A DNA stretch of 63,021 nt, the filler included, from Bigelowiella natans CCMP2755 (Eukaryota; Protista; Cercozoa): NCBI GenBank assembly GCA_000320545.1. It is 5 parts of 5 records of this genome, joined end to end, with 100 filler letters (N's around TTAATTAATTAA, not from the genome) between each part and the next. Parts side by side here need not be neighbours in the genome. Positions count along the whole stretch, not along the records: positions 1 to 15,274 come from ADNK01002323.1; positions 15,375 to 21,470 come from ADNK01003353.1; positions 21,571 to 44,920 come from ADNK01000428.1; 2 more parts are not named here. One strand, written 5' to 3'. The notes below the pieces were generated by a model. It saw only the letters and a list, made by a program, of their open reading frames with translations, was not told the DNA's origin and did no database searches. The translations under genes and the position numbers were made by a program. This document shows positions 12,073 through 25,094 of the stretch, one piece after another; positions within the stretch are counted from its first letter, which is position 1, and every line of letters begins with the position of its first letter.

Positions 12073-13035
12073 TCATGTACAACGGAAGACAGTCATCGAT
12101 GAACGCTGCCATGGCATGTGATTCATCGTGCTACCCACGATGCTTGTGCGAGCAAGAAACGGCGTTGTTTTTTCGATTAGACACGTTTTCTCTCCAGCCG
12201 AAAAATCTACCAGTGCGATTTCCAGATGCTTGTTCCGGTCATATCTGAGCTCGATATGCACACATGAGATGATTGTGTTGAGGCTGAATCGCGACACGAA
12301 GATGGTGCAAGGTTAGCAGCGGACGAAGGGGGGGGGGGGAGACGATGGCAGAAAACACGATTTTTGTTACAAAAACCTCGAGAATTGAGGTACGTTTCGA
12401 AGATTTACAATGTCAACCTACCGCAGCAATAGTATAGCACAGAAAGGTAATAATAACACACGCCAATGAGCAAATCGGCTCTCCGATCAGAACCATGTCG
12501 TCAGTCAATCGCGCACGCAGCGCACATCTGGGAAATAATGCGGGTCGATTGTGTGCTGTGGCTTCCTTGCCTTTATCCCCGAGGTGCGCAGTAAGTCCAG
12601 AAATCGCGGCCATTCGTACACCTCTTCTCGTAGCCGTTTCTGAGTCGCAGTTGATGACAAAATCGGGGGTGGTTGTGGCGTGATGGGTGCCGGCCATATT
12701 GGCGGTGCGTGCAGAGTACGATAAGAACCGGGCAGGATGCACAATAGGATGGATCGATGATGGAAAAACGGTCAACTTTATTTTCAAATATATGCAATCC
12801 GCCTATGGATTATGAGAATGTAGCCGCCAGCCTCCACTATATTTAAGCATTATATATATGCACAAACACAAGCAACACACGAAGACAAACACGCCCATAC
12901 GCACGGCAGTCTACGTGTTACAGTCGCTCTTTACCTCGCAAAAGAAAACTCGCTTCTCACAGGAGATAATCGCCTTGACTCCTTTAGAAAGTAGCTAAGG
13001 GCCAAATCCTTTTGATGAGAATTCACCAAAGCAGA

Positions 13036-13070
<35 letters not shown>

Positions 13071-13847
13071 CCACACATATCCACACATACCCACACATAC
13101 ACATATTACCGTGTCCAAGACAGAGGCCAGCGCATCGGTGAGTATCTAAACACAATAACCACACCCGTCAATCATCTACAAAGCTCGATGTTTTTTTATG
13201 CTAACGGGAAGTGTAATTGGTTTGGGAGATGAACTTTCTTAATCCATCCCCCCCCCCCCTCCCCCCTTCTCTCGAACATCCATATCAATCTCGATGCTGC
13301 AATATTGCGGCTATATATTATCATCATCATCATCATCATTATCTTCTTCTTCGTAGCATTAGCACTCATTACGGGGTCATAAACGACGTCGCTGGCTATC
13401 ACTACATCGACCGTCTCCAGTTCTTTCAAATCTATATTTGGGAAGTTTTGTTGTTGCTGCTGCTGCTGCTGCTGCTCTTTCATTGATGATGGTGAGGCTG
13501 ATAATGGTGGTGATGACGATGATGATGATGACGATGTCGATGATGCCAGAAGCTGCTGCGTCTGCGATTCCCGCTCTGGAGGCCTCAGCCAATCGAACAC
13601 CCTCACCGAAAGCGGAGGAGACGATAGATGAGATGTCGGTACAAGTGATGATGATGAAGATTCATTAGAAGAGTAGGGAGGAGTGATGCTGAGGTTGCTA
13701 GTAGTGGTGGTGGTGGTGGATGTGATCGTGCCAGTTCTCCTCACACCTGACGCCCTCCTCATGTTAGCGGCGGTGTTCTGCAGTATCTCAGAGGAGTAGT
13801 CCGTTGCATAGCTACAAGCAGGCAGGCAGGCAGAGTATTACCGGTAA

Positions 13848-13889
<42 letters not shown>

Positions 13890-15751
13890 GCAAACTTATT
13901 TCGCATTGAAGTTGAAATTGATTATCTCCCTCCTCCTCCCCATCGTTATAATCATCATCATCATCATCATCGTTTCAGAGGTTTGTCATCTCTGCGCGTA
14001 CACGTGTCTGGCTCCGAGTCTGGCAGCAAGCATCGACACTAATCCTGTCCCCGCACCTTCTCATCCAAACAACATCCCCGTACATAATGCTCAGAATGGG
14101 GAGGTGGATCATGCAATTCCCTCTGTTCGCCTCACAACTCCCAATTATTCTCGTGCGGTGTGTGCAATATATGTAGGTGTATTTTCTTGAGAGACGTAGA
14201 TCAATCTACGACACGTCCTCCTCCACCATCTTCTTCTTCTTCTTCTTATCGCAATGAACTCTGCTTCTACATACCAAGCTCCAAGACCGTCTTCCCCTCG
14301 ATCACGTCTCCCGCGTAAGCAAGAAGGTAGTCCATCAGGACAAGGCTCCCTGTGGATTTAGCAGCACATATGTGGGCGTGCATGGAACCAACGAGAACGC
14401 GGTGGTGACGATGATGATGGCGATGCAATGATGATGATGATGATGATGGTGATGGTGATAATGGTTGCGCAGAATATAAATTAATACAAACCATCAAACG
14501 AAAAGGGTTCATCGCTTATTCCACGAACTCAAACACTGACAAGTCGTCGTCTGGTAGTTATCATCCTACCCATCCACAGCTGCAGACCAACTGCTGGGAG
14601 AGTCGTAGCGCGCAGATGTCTAACCTCAAACGCCTGCCCGAGCAGCTTCCTAAAGTGGACGATTTTGATGATGATGGCAATGAGGAGGCATGGTGACGAC
14701 AAGGATGACAAACTTCCCCCCCCCCCCCCCCCCGCGGTAGCACACACTTAATATTAGAGCAAATTAATGAGAAATAGTCGGCAAGAAATAATGAAACCTA
14801 CCGTGTTGCAGGTGAAGTTTTAAATTCAATTGGGTGCTGTTGTTCCTGTCGTGATATTTCATTCGATGAAGACCGGCAATCCTCCACGATCTCACCCCCC
14901 TTTTGCTGCTTGGCCCTTGAGCGGCTGATCGATGGAGAGCTCGAGCGAGACCTTCGAGTGATAATTTGTAAACGCAAATGGGGGGGATATAAACCGAAAT
15001 TCCCTGGGCGATTGGGAAAGGTGACCAAAAGATCCCATTAAAACATTCCCTCAAACTATCCCTCTTGCACAATACCAAATATCCCATCATGTGGTGGAAA
15101 ATGTTATATGGTTGTTGTTGTTTGGTGTTGGCCTCGATTGTGGGTTGGTTCCTGTGGGGAAATATTATTCTGCCATGTTTTTTTCAAGCCGTCAACGAAC
15201 AAAAAAAGACCTGCAGCAATAAGTGGAGTCTATTGAAACAACCTGTTTTTCCTCCGGACCCCCCCCTCCGAATTNNNNNNNNNNNNNNNNNNNNNNNNNN
15301 NNNNNNNNNNNNNNNNNNTTAATTAATTAANNNNNNNNNNNNNNNNNNNNNNNNNNNNNNNNNNNNNNNNNNNNCCCCCCCCCTTCCCCCCTTCTTCCTC
15401 TTCTTCTTCCTCCACTTCTTTCCCTGGCAATAGGGTCAAAGTTTCGCTTGCAAATGTGTTGAAATATGCCCAACCCTACGTCGCTCTAAGCAGAGCAAGG
15501 GGAAATTCTCCTTCTCCTTTTCTCTCTCTCTCTCCTCTTGCTCTGCAGCTGCCGTTGATTCTCGTGTTCGCGTCCTTCCTACTTGCCCGTTTTGATTGAA
15601 TTCGATTTTGCCAACTTCCTCTCCCCCCCCCCCCCTCGTGCGTCCCATTAATGTCATCAGGTCGATGGAGGGGCTGTGGCTGAGCGACTTTAACTTCAAA
15701 TGCATCAAAGCGAACCCAAAGGTCGGAGTAGTAACTTATAATAAAGTATTA

Positions 15752-15783
<32 letters not shown>

Positions 15784-16056
15784 TTTAATATATGTATTAT
15801 TGTATTGGATTTATGAGTGTAGTGTATAGAATGCCATGTCAGCTCAAATTAGTGTGGCACGCATGTTGACCTCATCACACGCTCTCGCATCTCACCAGGT
15901 CATCAAGTTTTACCAAACCCTTCGGAAAGTAGATTCCACCCCGACGGCAGATGACGGCACGCCCTGAGACAAAGATGGCAAGCTACAAAGATCGAAGTCA
16001 GCATGATCATGAGGAGCGAGAATGCTCCACGCGCAACCCACGCAGCTGCCGTACAT
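12073..16056 (-). CDS. METTL22: METTL22-like (family 16) protein lysine methyltransferase
   Basis: Spliced exons give VRHLRATTLPAVGLQLWMG/SLVLMDYLL...KTVLELG/AGTGLVSMLAARLGARHVYATDY...VRVFDW...VDVVIASDVVYDP...AIISCEKRVFFCE...VPQFSRYDRNKHLEI, matching the METTL22 motif order. Linkage of the 5' part across the gap at 15275-15374 and the start at 16056 are uncertain. Confidence 0.8.
15275..15374. other. Assembly gap with artificial six-frame-stop linker
   Basis: 44 N + TTAATTAATTAA + 44 N. Confidence 0.97.
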
Positions 16057-16393
16057 TTTCGATGCTGCCTAAGTGTGCGCAGCGAGGTTTCGTTTTCAGT
16101 GACAAAGGGTGCGTGCAAGTGACCAGCAGGAGACTAGTAAATTCTACTACTACTGACAAAGCACTCGCAGCGCGTGTGTGTGGAGTGCACACTGTCCGTA
16201 TGTCGTACGCCCCAGCTTAAATCTACCGCGAGTGATGAGCATGCACACATGTAATCGCATAGTCGCTGCATGCTACTAGCATGCGTCCAGCATCTATATA
16301 AGCACGTACATAACTAGATAGGCCGGGCTGCCCCGTACGATACTGTATTGCTGCGTGATGTGGTGCTGCATTCTACTGACGAATACAAACACG

Positions 16394-16445
16394 CTATTGA
16401 AAAGATTTAACCAGTTCATTACATCCGTCCGTCTCACAAATAAAT
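16394..16445 (+). repeat. Dispersed island repeat, copy D (4-bp internal duplication)
   Basis: ctattgaaaagatttaaccagttcattacatccgtccgtctcacaaataaat. Confidence 0.8.
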
Positions 16446-16577
16446 ATGATAAGCAAAGCAGTGGCGCGCTTCTATACACCAATTACTACCGCACGCGAAG
16501 CAACATAAATATGCTTATATGTAGAAGAGGCGTACTAGCGTAACCGCAAGAATATATAGATAAAATTTCGTGAGCGC

Positions 16578-16650
16578 ATGCAAGGCTACATTAGTCGCAA
16601 CGTATCGTACAATTGAAAAAAGGTTTAAATATAATTCATTACGCTCCGCA
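16578..16650 (+). repeat. Dispersed island repeat, degenerate copy E
   Basis: atgcaaggctacattag...acaattgaaaaaaggtttaaatataattcattacgctccgca. Confidence 0.55.
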
Positions 16651-17009
16651 TTATTTTATCGCGCATGAAGTGCATGCATGCTGCACGATGGGTAGTGGGT
16701 AGAGCAACGCTAGAACAGCGAAAACTTTGCGCGTGTATGTGATAGTAGTACGTACAGGCCTACAATTAATGTAGTTGTGTACGTCTAGGTGTATGTAGCA
16801 CATGTGCATTTGCAATGAGCGTGCGAGTGTGGTTGACACGATTCAGCACAAATTATACTAGTAGTACACATATAGGACGCTCATATAATTGATTGAGAAT
16901 TGAAAATAATGAGGTCTTTGCGGGTCTCTGCGGTGCTGCGACCCGTACCTTGCTCATCAGCTCGGGTGTCACCAACGAGAGCTTCCTCCCCCAGTCATTC
17001 TCCCTCTCC

Positions 17010-19480
17010 TCACGCCATCCTATGGGGCACGCGGGGACTGTTACACATCGAGGGATACGACGCGCCGCACAGATGCGTCATTTCGGTAGCGTTCACTGGC
17101 CAATGTATGTGCGCCGCTGAAGTGTCTGCGAGATAGAGAAACACAGGATGATGAGGCAGGGAGGGGAGAATGACTGGAGGACATGCAAACGGATATCTAT
17201 CTTATAGAGATGCCTTTTGCTCAAAGCCGTATATCGCTTCAAAGAAGCCATTGGCTGATTTATTGTTTTGAGCCCCCCCGCAGCATGATGAACATCTTTC
17301 CAGTCGGCATGCCTGCATGCGCACGCGCGCACACAGACACACACACACACGCACTCACTCACTTGGGAATGATATCGCCATGAGGTCGTTGGCGAGGGTG
17401 TTTGAGGCGTAGTTATCCGTGGGCCAGTGTACACCGCCCACCATGCGTCGGTCACCGATGTCGTATGCCCACTTCAGCAGCTGATGATGATGCGCACACA
17501 CAAACCAAAGCAACCAATACACAATTGTCACAGATCTGGGAAAGAGCGTGCGTGGGGATAGGAAGACCCAAGAACCGCGGTCATCACCTCTTTCGTAAGC
17601 GTGGCGTTGCTCTGGAAAAGAGCGAAGTTTTCGTGGTATATCTGAGCGATGGCCATTTTCCCTTGGATGCAATGACCGGAGGGAAACGCCGGTGTGTTGC
17701 CGGAGAAGGCGGGGACGTATCTGTGGGTTATTGCATCGCAATCAATCCAAATGCAGGGGAGCCTTTGATAAACGGAAAATGAAAGAGAAGTCGCAGAGCT
17801 CGAGATATTGAAGGGCTCGGTGTATCATTCCCTGCTCGCGGCATTGCACGACTAATGATCAGATGCCCCAACGAAATTCTCACCCCCTCTCGAGGCTGTA
17901 GACCTCCCACCCTTTCTCTCTAGATCTCACTTGAAGGTGACGTTGAGATTGCCGGCACTTTGCTGCGGCCGCGCCCGGTTGAAGTAAGTTTTGAGGTGGC
18001 CTACGATGATGCCGGCTTGCGTTATCTGCGTGTTCACCTGAGTAGAGTACGAGAGCCCGTTCGCCGCTACCCACACGTTGATCGCGCAAAACAAACTGCA
18101 GTCCTCCCAGAAGTATCTGACAGCAGTAGCAGCAGCAGCAGCACGTGGGTGTCGGTTGCGGTACAATCATCGTTGTAATTAATCATCATTATTATGAGTA
18201 GCAGCTGCAGGAGGAGGAGGGGGAGGAGAAGCAGCAGACGGCAATGTCGTACAGGTCTAGTTGGAAGTTCTTTTGGCCAACTGAGAGCGCGTGGCAGAAG
18301 GCCCCGGGATGGCAATGCGAAGCGATGTCGTTATCTCGAAATCCACTTCCATAGCGCAGATCCACGTAGTCAAACCGGCGTTCCATCATTTCGTTCAGGG
18401 TCGCCAGCTCACTCTTGTCGAGGGCTAAGCGCTCCGCTGTGTCGCGATTGGGGAGGAAATCGTGCAGGCGATGGCGCCACTCACCCAGTTTTTGGCTGTA
18501 CGCGGAAGCGTTGGCGAAATACCTAGAGGGGTGGCAGGAGACATCAACCGCGTCGTCGTGAAGAAAGTCATTAAAACAGGGCGAACGAACAGGCGAGGAC
18601 TGAGACATTCAGGTATGTTGTGTGTAAAACAAAAGACAAGGGGCGCCGTGGGATGCCAGTTGCTGAAGGCGCAAGAAGTAAAACACAGCTATTTTGCCCG
18701 GGCAAAATTCGGATGGATCGCATTTTTATTTTTGCATGGGAGATCATAGCTTCTAGCTAGCATTCTCTCACAGGGAGGGATATTGGCTGGTTGAGTCGTA
18801 GGCATATGAATAGCCCACGTCCGTCGATATCCTGTAGCATCTTCTCACGTGGGAGATGTTGCACGTTGGAGCAGAGAAATTCGCCGCGCAAGCAGTGTTG
18901 CAAGGCTCGAAGGCCTCGGAGCGGATGGGATATACCCCAAACTTTGGAATCAGAGTTCCATTGTTTCCTGTAGTGGTAGTCACGGTGACGGTGTTGGTGT
19001 CATTGCTGTCGTCGGAATCGTAAGGGTTGAAGATCCACCTGAAAAGGGAATGGGGCATTACAGTTGTTCGGTTCTCATTTGGTACTATTTTGCAACAAGG
19101 CAGGCAAAGCAGCAAGTGATAGTGTTGGTAGTAGTAGTTGGTGGCAGTTTGTTAACGCTTCAAGGGAATAATACCCCGCACACAGTCCGATGATTATCCC
19201 GGAGAGAAGGGTGAAGAATAGCACGAGCACCGTGGCACCCATAGCAGGTTTGTGCGCTGGCCCGGGCACAGTCGCCTCTCCTCGCTTCTTTGTAAGAATC
19301 TTGCTGTCCTCATCCTTCGCATCAGGGTGTACCTGTGCTGCGCTGCCTAACATATTCCTTTGCTCTTGCTATGTCTTACTGTGATATGGCGCTTCCTTCT
19401 CTCTTCGTGTCCCCCTGCGCCTCCTGCTCGCTTCTTTCTTCTCTTTCTGTCGCTCTCTCCCCCCTCCTCTCTGGCTTGAT
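17010..19480 (-). CDS. PAP2/vanadium-haloperoxidase superfamily phosphatase with N-terminal membrane anchor
   Basis: All three signature motifs occur on spliced exons: LKTYFNRARP (K-x6-RP), TPAFPSGH and IGDRRMVGGVHWPTD. Hydrophobic segment VLVLFFTLLSGIIIGLCAGYY lies near the N-terminus; start uncertain. Confidence 0.85.
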
Positions 19481-19779
19481 GATCAATCACCTCGTGACCG
19501 TTTCTAAATCGGCGTTTCTATTTTTAGTGTCGCGAGTTCCCAGCGGCTTGTTTTAGGTCATTTCTTTGGAAAGGGTTGTTGAGATCTCTTTGGGATGTTT
19601 TCCGTTTGCTTTTTTGACCAAACGAAGCGTACGAGTAGTATTTTCAGTTCGGAGGAGGTTCCAAGATGCCATGTGTTTCTGCTCCTGCGACAAGCTTTCC
19701 TTGAGTCCTCGTCTTCCTGCTGGCACAAACCACGGAAGCCAGTTCGAGGCGCTGCTGCGTTTCGGGGTGCTGCATTTCG

Positions 19780-20300
19780 CACATTGCAAGTGTCTTGTTG
19801 TCACACTTTGGAAGTGTGCTTTTTCATCATTGTTCATTGTTCATTGTTCATTACACCTCGTGCATTGCAAGTGTCCTGCCACGCTTTAGAAATGCAGTTT
19901 TTCATCATTGTTCTCATTCCAGCATTGTTCCATCTCATTGATTGACGATCAATTCTGCGATGGCGTCCTCTTCTCCTGTTCAGTTGGTCCTCGCTTCAGC
20001 CCGGCATTCATTCATTCATGTGCAAACACTTCTTTCTTTCTTCTTTCTCAGAAGATGTGGATGAGTTGGCCTGAATTCTGTCCAACACATCCAACAATCC
20101 TTTTGGCTGCTGCACCACGCTAGCACGCGTGCACGATCGTGCGCCTGCCACCATGCTAGTGTGGCTAGATGGCATGCGCTGCACCAATCTACTTCATGGC
20201 ATGATCATAGTTGAATTCAATGCAATGATCATTGGTTGCACATGGCACGCACATGGCACGCACAGAATGTTTGTGCATGTGACGAATCGACATGAGGATG
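19780..20300. other. TG/CA-rich intergenic island with an internal tandem duplication
   Basis: attgcaagtgtc...tttttcatcattgttc occurs at ~19783 and ~19864; ctag/catg-rich downstream. Confidence 0.45.
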
Positions 20301-20455
20301 ACGACAGAGACGACGGCAAAAAATCTGGCTTTGCATCACTTCTGCAGGCTGCTTACGATTGCGCTCTACTGACACAACTACTATCATCACGACTACTAAT
20401 TCTATTACTACTACTACTACTACGACTACGACTACGACTACCACTACTGCTACTG

Positions 20456-20913
20456 CTACGACAGGCTTCTATTATTCTCTGTTGAGCTCTCATCGTCTTC
20501 GCTACGCTCTACGACCACTGTCAGATTGCCTCGTGTTTGAGACGTTCGAGCAGCATCTCTCGTGTGGACGCACAGCACCCCGTCGCTGTAAATGTTCACC
20601 AGCTCCTTGAACCGCAGCATCATCTTCGGCCAAAGCGTTGCTTCTACCTGTGAGCGGGGCTTCGAATTGAGGAACTTCATGGTGTTGTCGAGCAGAGAGT
20701 AGCACTTCATCTCACGCACAGCCGCCTACGTGAAAAAGCCGCCGTCAGTGCGGCATCACATCCCCATCATCACGCAAGTAATAGAGCAGTTTCGCAAACT
20801 AGTCTGGCAATGGGCAATCATCATATCGTCGGCCGCTATTCGTTGATTACCTTGTCCATCCCCTTCCTGCCAGCATTTCTATTTCTGAGGAACTCCTTAC
20901 CGATTTTCCCTTT

Positions 20914-20958
<45 letters not shown>

Positions 20959-21130
20959 GCCCTCAATGAATAAGTGCATCATGTATCGGCACACACACAA
21001 ACGCAAACACACAGGCGCGCGCGCGCACATATATGGCGGACCTGCTGCAAATTTGACGATGTTCTTCATCCACTTGTTAAGGCGCTTTGCGTCGCGGGCA
21101 GTGGCAAAACCCTTCGCCAGCATGGCGTAC
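20456..21130 (-). CDS. Hypothetical protein, 3' exons only (5' end lost near gap)
   Basis: Splice-bounded exons YAMLAKGFATARDAKRLNKWMKNIVKFAA / GKIGKEFLRNRNAGRKGMDK / AAVREMKCYSLLDNTMKFLNSK...SLS*. Confidence 0.5.
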
Positions 21131-21228
21131 CTGTTGTTGTTGTTGATGTTGATGCTGATGTTGATTTTGTTGGTGTTATTGTTGTTGTTGTTGTGGCGGA
21201 TTCATATTTTCTAAAAACTTATGTCCTG

Positions 21229-21266
<38 letters not shown>

Positions 21267-21470
21267 GACGCTGGTGCTGGGTGCAGCCACCGCAGCAGAA
21301 GGGGAGGGGAGGGGGGGGGGGGGGGGGGGACCCACATGTCTCTTATAATACATAATCCCCTCGGGGGGAAAAACATAGGATTGAAACCTCGTTCAACAGG
21401 AATCGCCCGGGCCTGGCGGGGCCCATTTTTCCTGGCGCCTTGCGCGCGCAGGGGAGAGTTAAGAAACCGG

Positions 21471-21570
21471 NNNNNNNNNNNNNNNNNNNNNNNNNNNNNN
21501 NNNNNNNNNNNNNNTTAATTAATTAANNNNNNNNNNNNNNNNNNNNNNNNNNNNNNNNNNNNNNNNNNNN
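21471..21570. other. Assembly gap with artificial linker
   Basis: 44 N + TTAATTAATTAA + 44 N. Confidence 0.97.
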
Positions 21571-21702
21571 GTTTTTTTTTTTCGTTTGGTGGTTCCCCCC
21601 CCCCCCCCCCCCACAAGTGCTGCAACTTTCAAATAAGCTGTGTTTGGTCCTGTTGGGTACTTACCACTACGTCTACTATGATGACGATCCAACCACGCTC
21701 AG

Positions 21703-21827
21703 GGAAACATCCTCGTAACGTGGAGCAATGACGAGGAGGGAGAGAACAAGAAGAAGAAAGAAGACACGGGGTACTGAATAGCAAGCAGCGCATGGAGAAT
21801 GACATATTGTTCTATCGCCAATGTGTA

Positions 21828-21866
<39 letters not shown>

Positions 21867-22890
21867 GCGTGTGCGTTTTCGTGTGCATATGAAATTTTTA
21901 ACAACATTCTCCACCCTCCTCCTCCTCCTCCTCCTCAGAAACGGCAAGAAGAGCTCACCAGGGATTGTTGTTCTCGATCATGCCCTCTACCGCCGCCTAT
22001 CTCCTGATTTCCAAGCCGCACACAGATGCCTCTGGGAGGTAGGGGTTAGCATCACCATTTTTATCATCATCATCATCATCATCATCATTATCATCATTAT
22101 CAGCAGCAGGAGAAGCAGCAGTACCAGTAGTAGTGATAACGGTGATAAATGGATGTTACAGGGGGCATTCAGTGGCGACGTTGATAAGATGATGAGCGCA
22201 GCAAAGCGCATGCTCGATCCAAAGGATTCCAGTCACATAACCGAGGATCAGGCTCAGAAGGTAGCAACGGCGAGCTACTGGCGAGCTACTGCTGCTGCTG
22301 ATGCTGATGATGATGATATTTACACCCATACACAGCTCAAGCTACAATATTTCCTTATTTTTTTAGAAGCGAGAGCGATTCATCACTATCACCACCACCA
22401 CCATCATCATCATCATTCAGATGCATTAGTATCATCGTTGGTTAAGTAGACCCTCGTCTCCTATGGCTTATCCCCTCCTCCTCCCTTTCCTGCTGTTGCT
22501 TTCACGTTTTGGTCGTTGCGGCTGCTGTGCTTTCTTTTGCTTGTGCGTAGCTCGTGGAAATGGTCACAAATGTACCGTGGAAGAGCCTTGCATCCGAGAG
22601 CGTGCACCCGCGAGATAGAATCGCCCTGCTCGAGGGGGGGGGTAGCAGCAGCAGCAGCAGCAGCAGTAAGGGCGGGGAGGAGAGAGGAGGGGCGAGGAGG
22701 ATGGAAGAAGAACCATCAATGCAGGTACTAGAGCAGGGGCTGAGGAATATCCTACCAGAGTGCTGCGATGAAACGGCAAGCACAGATCTATTCTTCACCC
22801 TCAAAACCCTCGCATGCCTCAGGGCGTCGAATCGGACAATCAAAGTACTAGATAGTAGTCGATTGTAGTGGTATAAGTAGCAGTAGTTGT

Positions 22891-22925
<35 letters not shown>

Positions 22926-23467
22926 TAGTAATAGTAGGAATAGTGAGAAACAGTCTCCTCGTCATTGAAGTCCTCTGCTACTTTCTACCTGTAGGTGGAG
23001 GAGAATGTGGCTATGGTTGGTGTTCGCCCTGCGATTGCGTTGAAGGCTGTTTCGGAGCACTGGCTCGTGCTTCTTCTTTCAAGGTCGCTTGGGTTAGGAG
23101 GAAGAGGACATTGCCTACACATCACAACCAACATCAACATCATCATCATCATCATCATGATTCATCACTGCTTGTGCCAATCCCCCCCGTCAGGTGGTGT
23201 GACAAAGAAACCAACAACAATAATAGTAGTAATAGTAGGAGGAAATTAGAGAATGGGGGTAGCAGAGCGGAGTCGTTAGGGCGAGGAGTAAAGTCTGCCA
23301 AGTCGTTGTCGCTGCGTCAGCCATGGGGCCAATTCGTCAGAAAAATGGCGTCGAAGATCCATTTGCGCCTCGAAACCATGATTCTATGGATCTCATTCTA
23401 CTGGCAGTCTATAGGAGGGGGGGGAGGTTCGCATTTGCTACGCAACACCATATCTAGTCTCTACTAA
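21703..23467 (+). CDS. ABC1/UbiB atypical kinase (ADCK1/ADCK5-like), C-terminal half
   Basis: Exons GNILV... / GIVVLDHALYRRLSPDFQAAHRCLWE / GAFSGDVDKM... / LFFTLKTLACLRASNR match the ADCK1-type pattern (DPHPGNILV...LLDHGLY...YCxLW). Confidence 0.8.
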
Positions 23468-23469
23468 CA

Positions 23470-24200
23470 ATGCCATGTGGCTGCCGTCGCGGACTTATTG
23501 CGAGGCATGCATGCACGTGCTCCGTCGCCAGTAACGCAAATAATCACAGCATATATGTCTAGACGTAACGAGATGGGGTATCCTACGCAAAAGCTATGAT
23601 CATGTGCAGCAATTGCTACATCATGTAACAAAGCTTGCTCGTGAATTCGCTATATATCAGCTCGTTACAATTCCGTTCTACTGTTCGTGTGTTCAAATGT
23701 GCCATTAACGTCTAGATGTGGCAGCAGTACGTAATTGACTCATTATAATTGGATCGTATCGATCAGCATCGCAGAGCATTGCTAGATTGCTAGATTGACC
23801 ATATAGAAAAGCAATATTAATTACCAAACAAGCTAGCTAGCTAAGCGGAGTGCCAATAATCTAGCAATACGTAAACGGATACTGACATTTAGACACACCT
23901 AGACACATGTGCCCTTGATAGCTGGCGTGTGAGTGCAAGCAATAATGTACGCTTTTGTGTGCGACATTGGAGATGTTCAAAAAGCGTAGCGCTACTATGA
24001 AGTCGCTATAGCTAGTGTACACAGCTAATCGCGAGACATAGCTGCAGGTGGCCGACCGTCGCGCGACGCATTTTTTGATGCTTGCCAATGCTAGAATGTG
24101 GTGTGTTCCACATCGAATTTGAGGAGCATAGGTTATTTGCACTTGTTCGGCGAAAAACTGTAGCAACCGTACCGCAAACAGAACGAGCGGCAAAATTAAA
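23470..24200. other. CTAG/RY-rich intergenic island between convergent genes
   Basis: gctagctagcta, gctagattgctagattg and gcatgcatgc words; no microsatellites. Confidence 0.6.
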
Positions 24201-24232
24201 AAGCATGATTTGCGTTCAAAGGGTTCCAGAGG

Positions 24233-25053
24233 CTAGAGTTCTGGCTGTTGTTCCTTCCTAGCGCTTCCTTTTACATACCCATTAGACCTGCGAACGTTGA
24301 TCATGTGCCGCTTTAGAGCTTGGCGTGATGGCGACGAAGCAACGTTTAAGCTTACTACCCGCGAAGATCCTTGACTGATAAGGATGATAGCAAAATGAGG
24401 TGATAATATCGAGGTGTACGATAGAGAGCGTAACAGCAAGAAAACATCTTTCCTTTCCGAACCTGTGAGGTAACGATCGTTGCGTATCATAGCTTCAAGA
24501 ACGTTGTCAGTAGATCTCACGTAAGCCTCGAAACCGGTCTTATCAGCAGTTACCTTGTAATAAATGGAGGATATCGCTAGGAAGTTAAAATAAACTTTGC
24601 AAGATCAAGCTCTGTTACTTCTGCTGCTGCTACTACTGGCTTTGATTTTTGTATCACCATTAGGATATATTAAGGAATGGAAGACCGCTATCACCACCAC
24701 CAAGATCATCATCACCAGCAGCAGCAGCGACAGCAGCATTAGCACCACCTCCACTATGATTATATATTCACCTTGATGACTGGTAGTTGCGAGCACACAC
24801 CTTCCAGAGCTGCTGGAATCGGCACAGGAGCAGTCCAATTCGTCTACGGGGAGAATCATACCAACGTGACAGGCTCAACGCTAAGATCGTAATTACTTAC
24901 ACTGATGACGGATTAATTGGTTGGCCAATACTCAAAATGGTTGATGACAATGATGATGAAGGTGCTGACGATGATTGTGATAATGATGATGAGAATCGTA
25001 AAATAAAAAAGACTGCAGCCTGCAAAGGCTCTGTACCCCCCTCCTCCCATATA

Positions 25054-25094
<41 letters not shown>

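Larger units (their letters stand above)
16150..16900. other. CTAG/RY-rich intergenic island
   Basis: gcatg/ctag-dense non-coding DNA with repeat copies D and E. Confidence 0.6.

Noticed and set aside
15319-15330. Palindromic TTAATTAATTAA recurring four times
   Set aside because: Always centred in 44+44 N; an artificial six-frame-stop scaffold linker, not biology.
21976-21984. DHA instead of DHG in the ABC1 kinase as a sign of inactivity
   Set aside because: The metal-binding Asp is retained; a single conservative change is not enough evidence.
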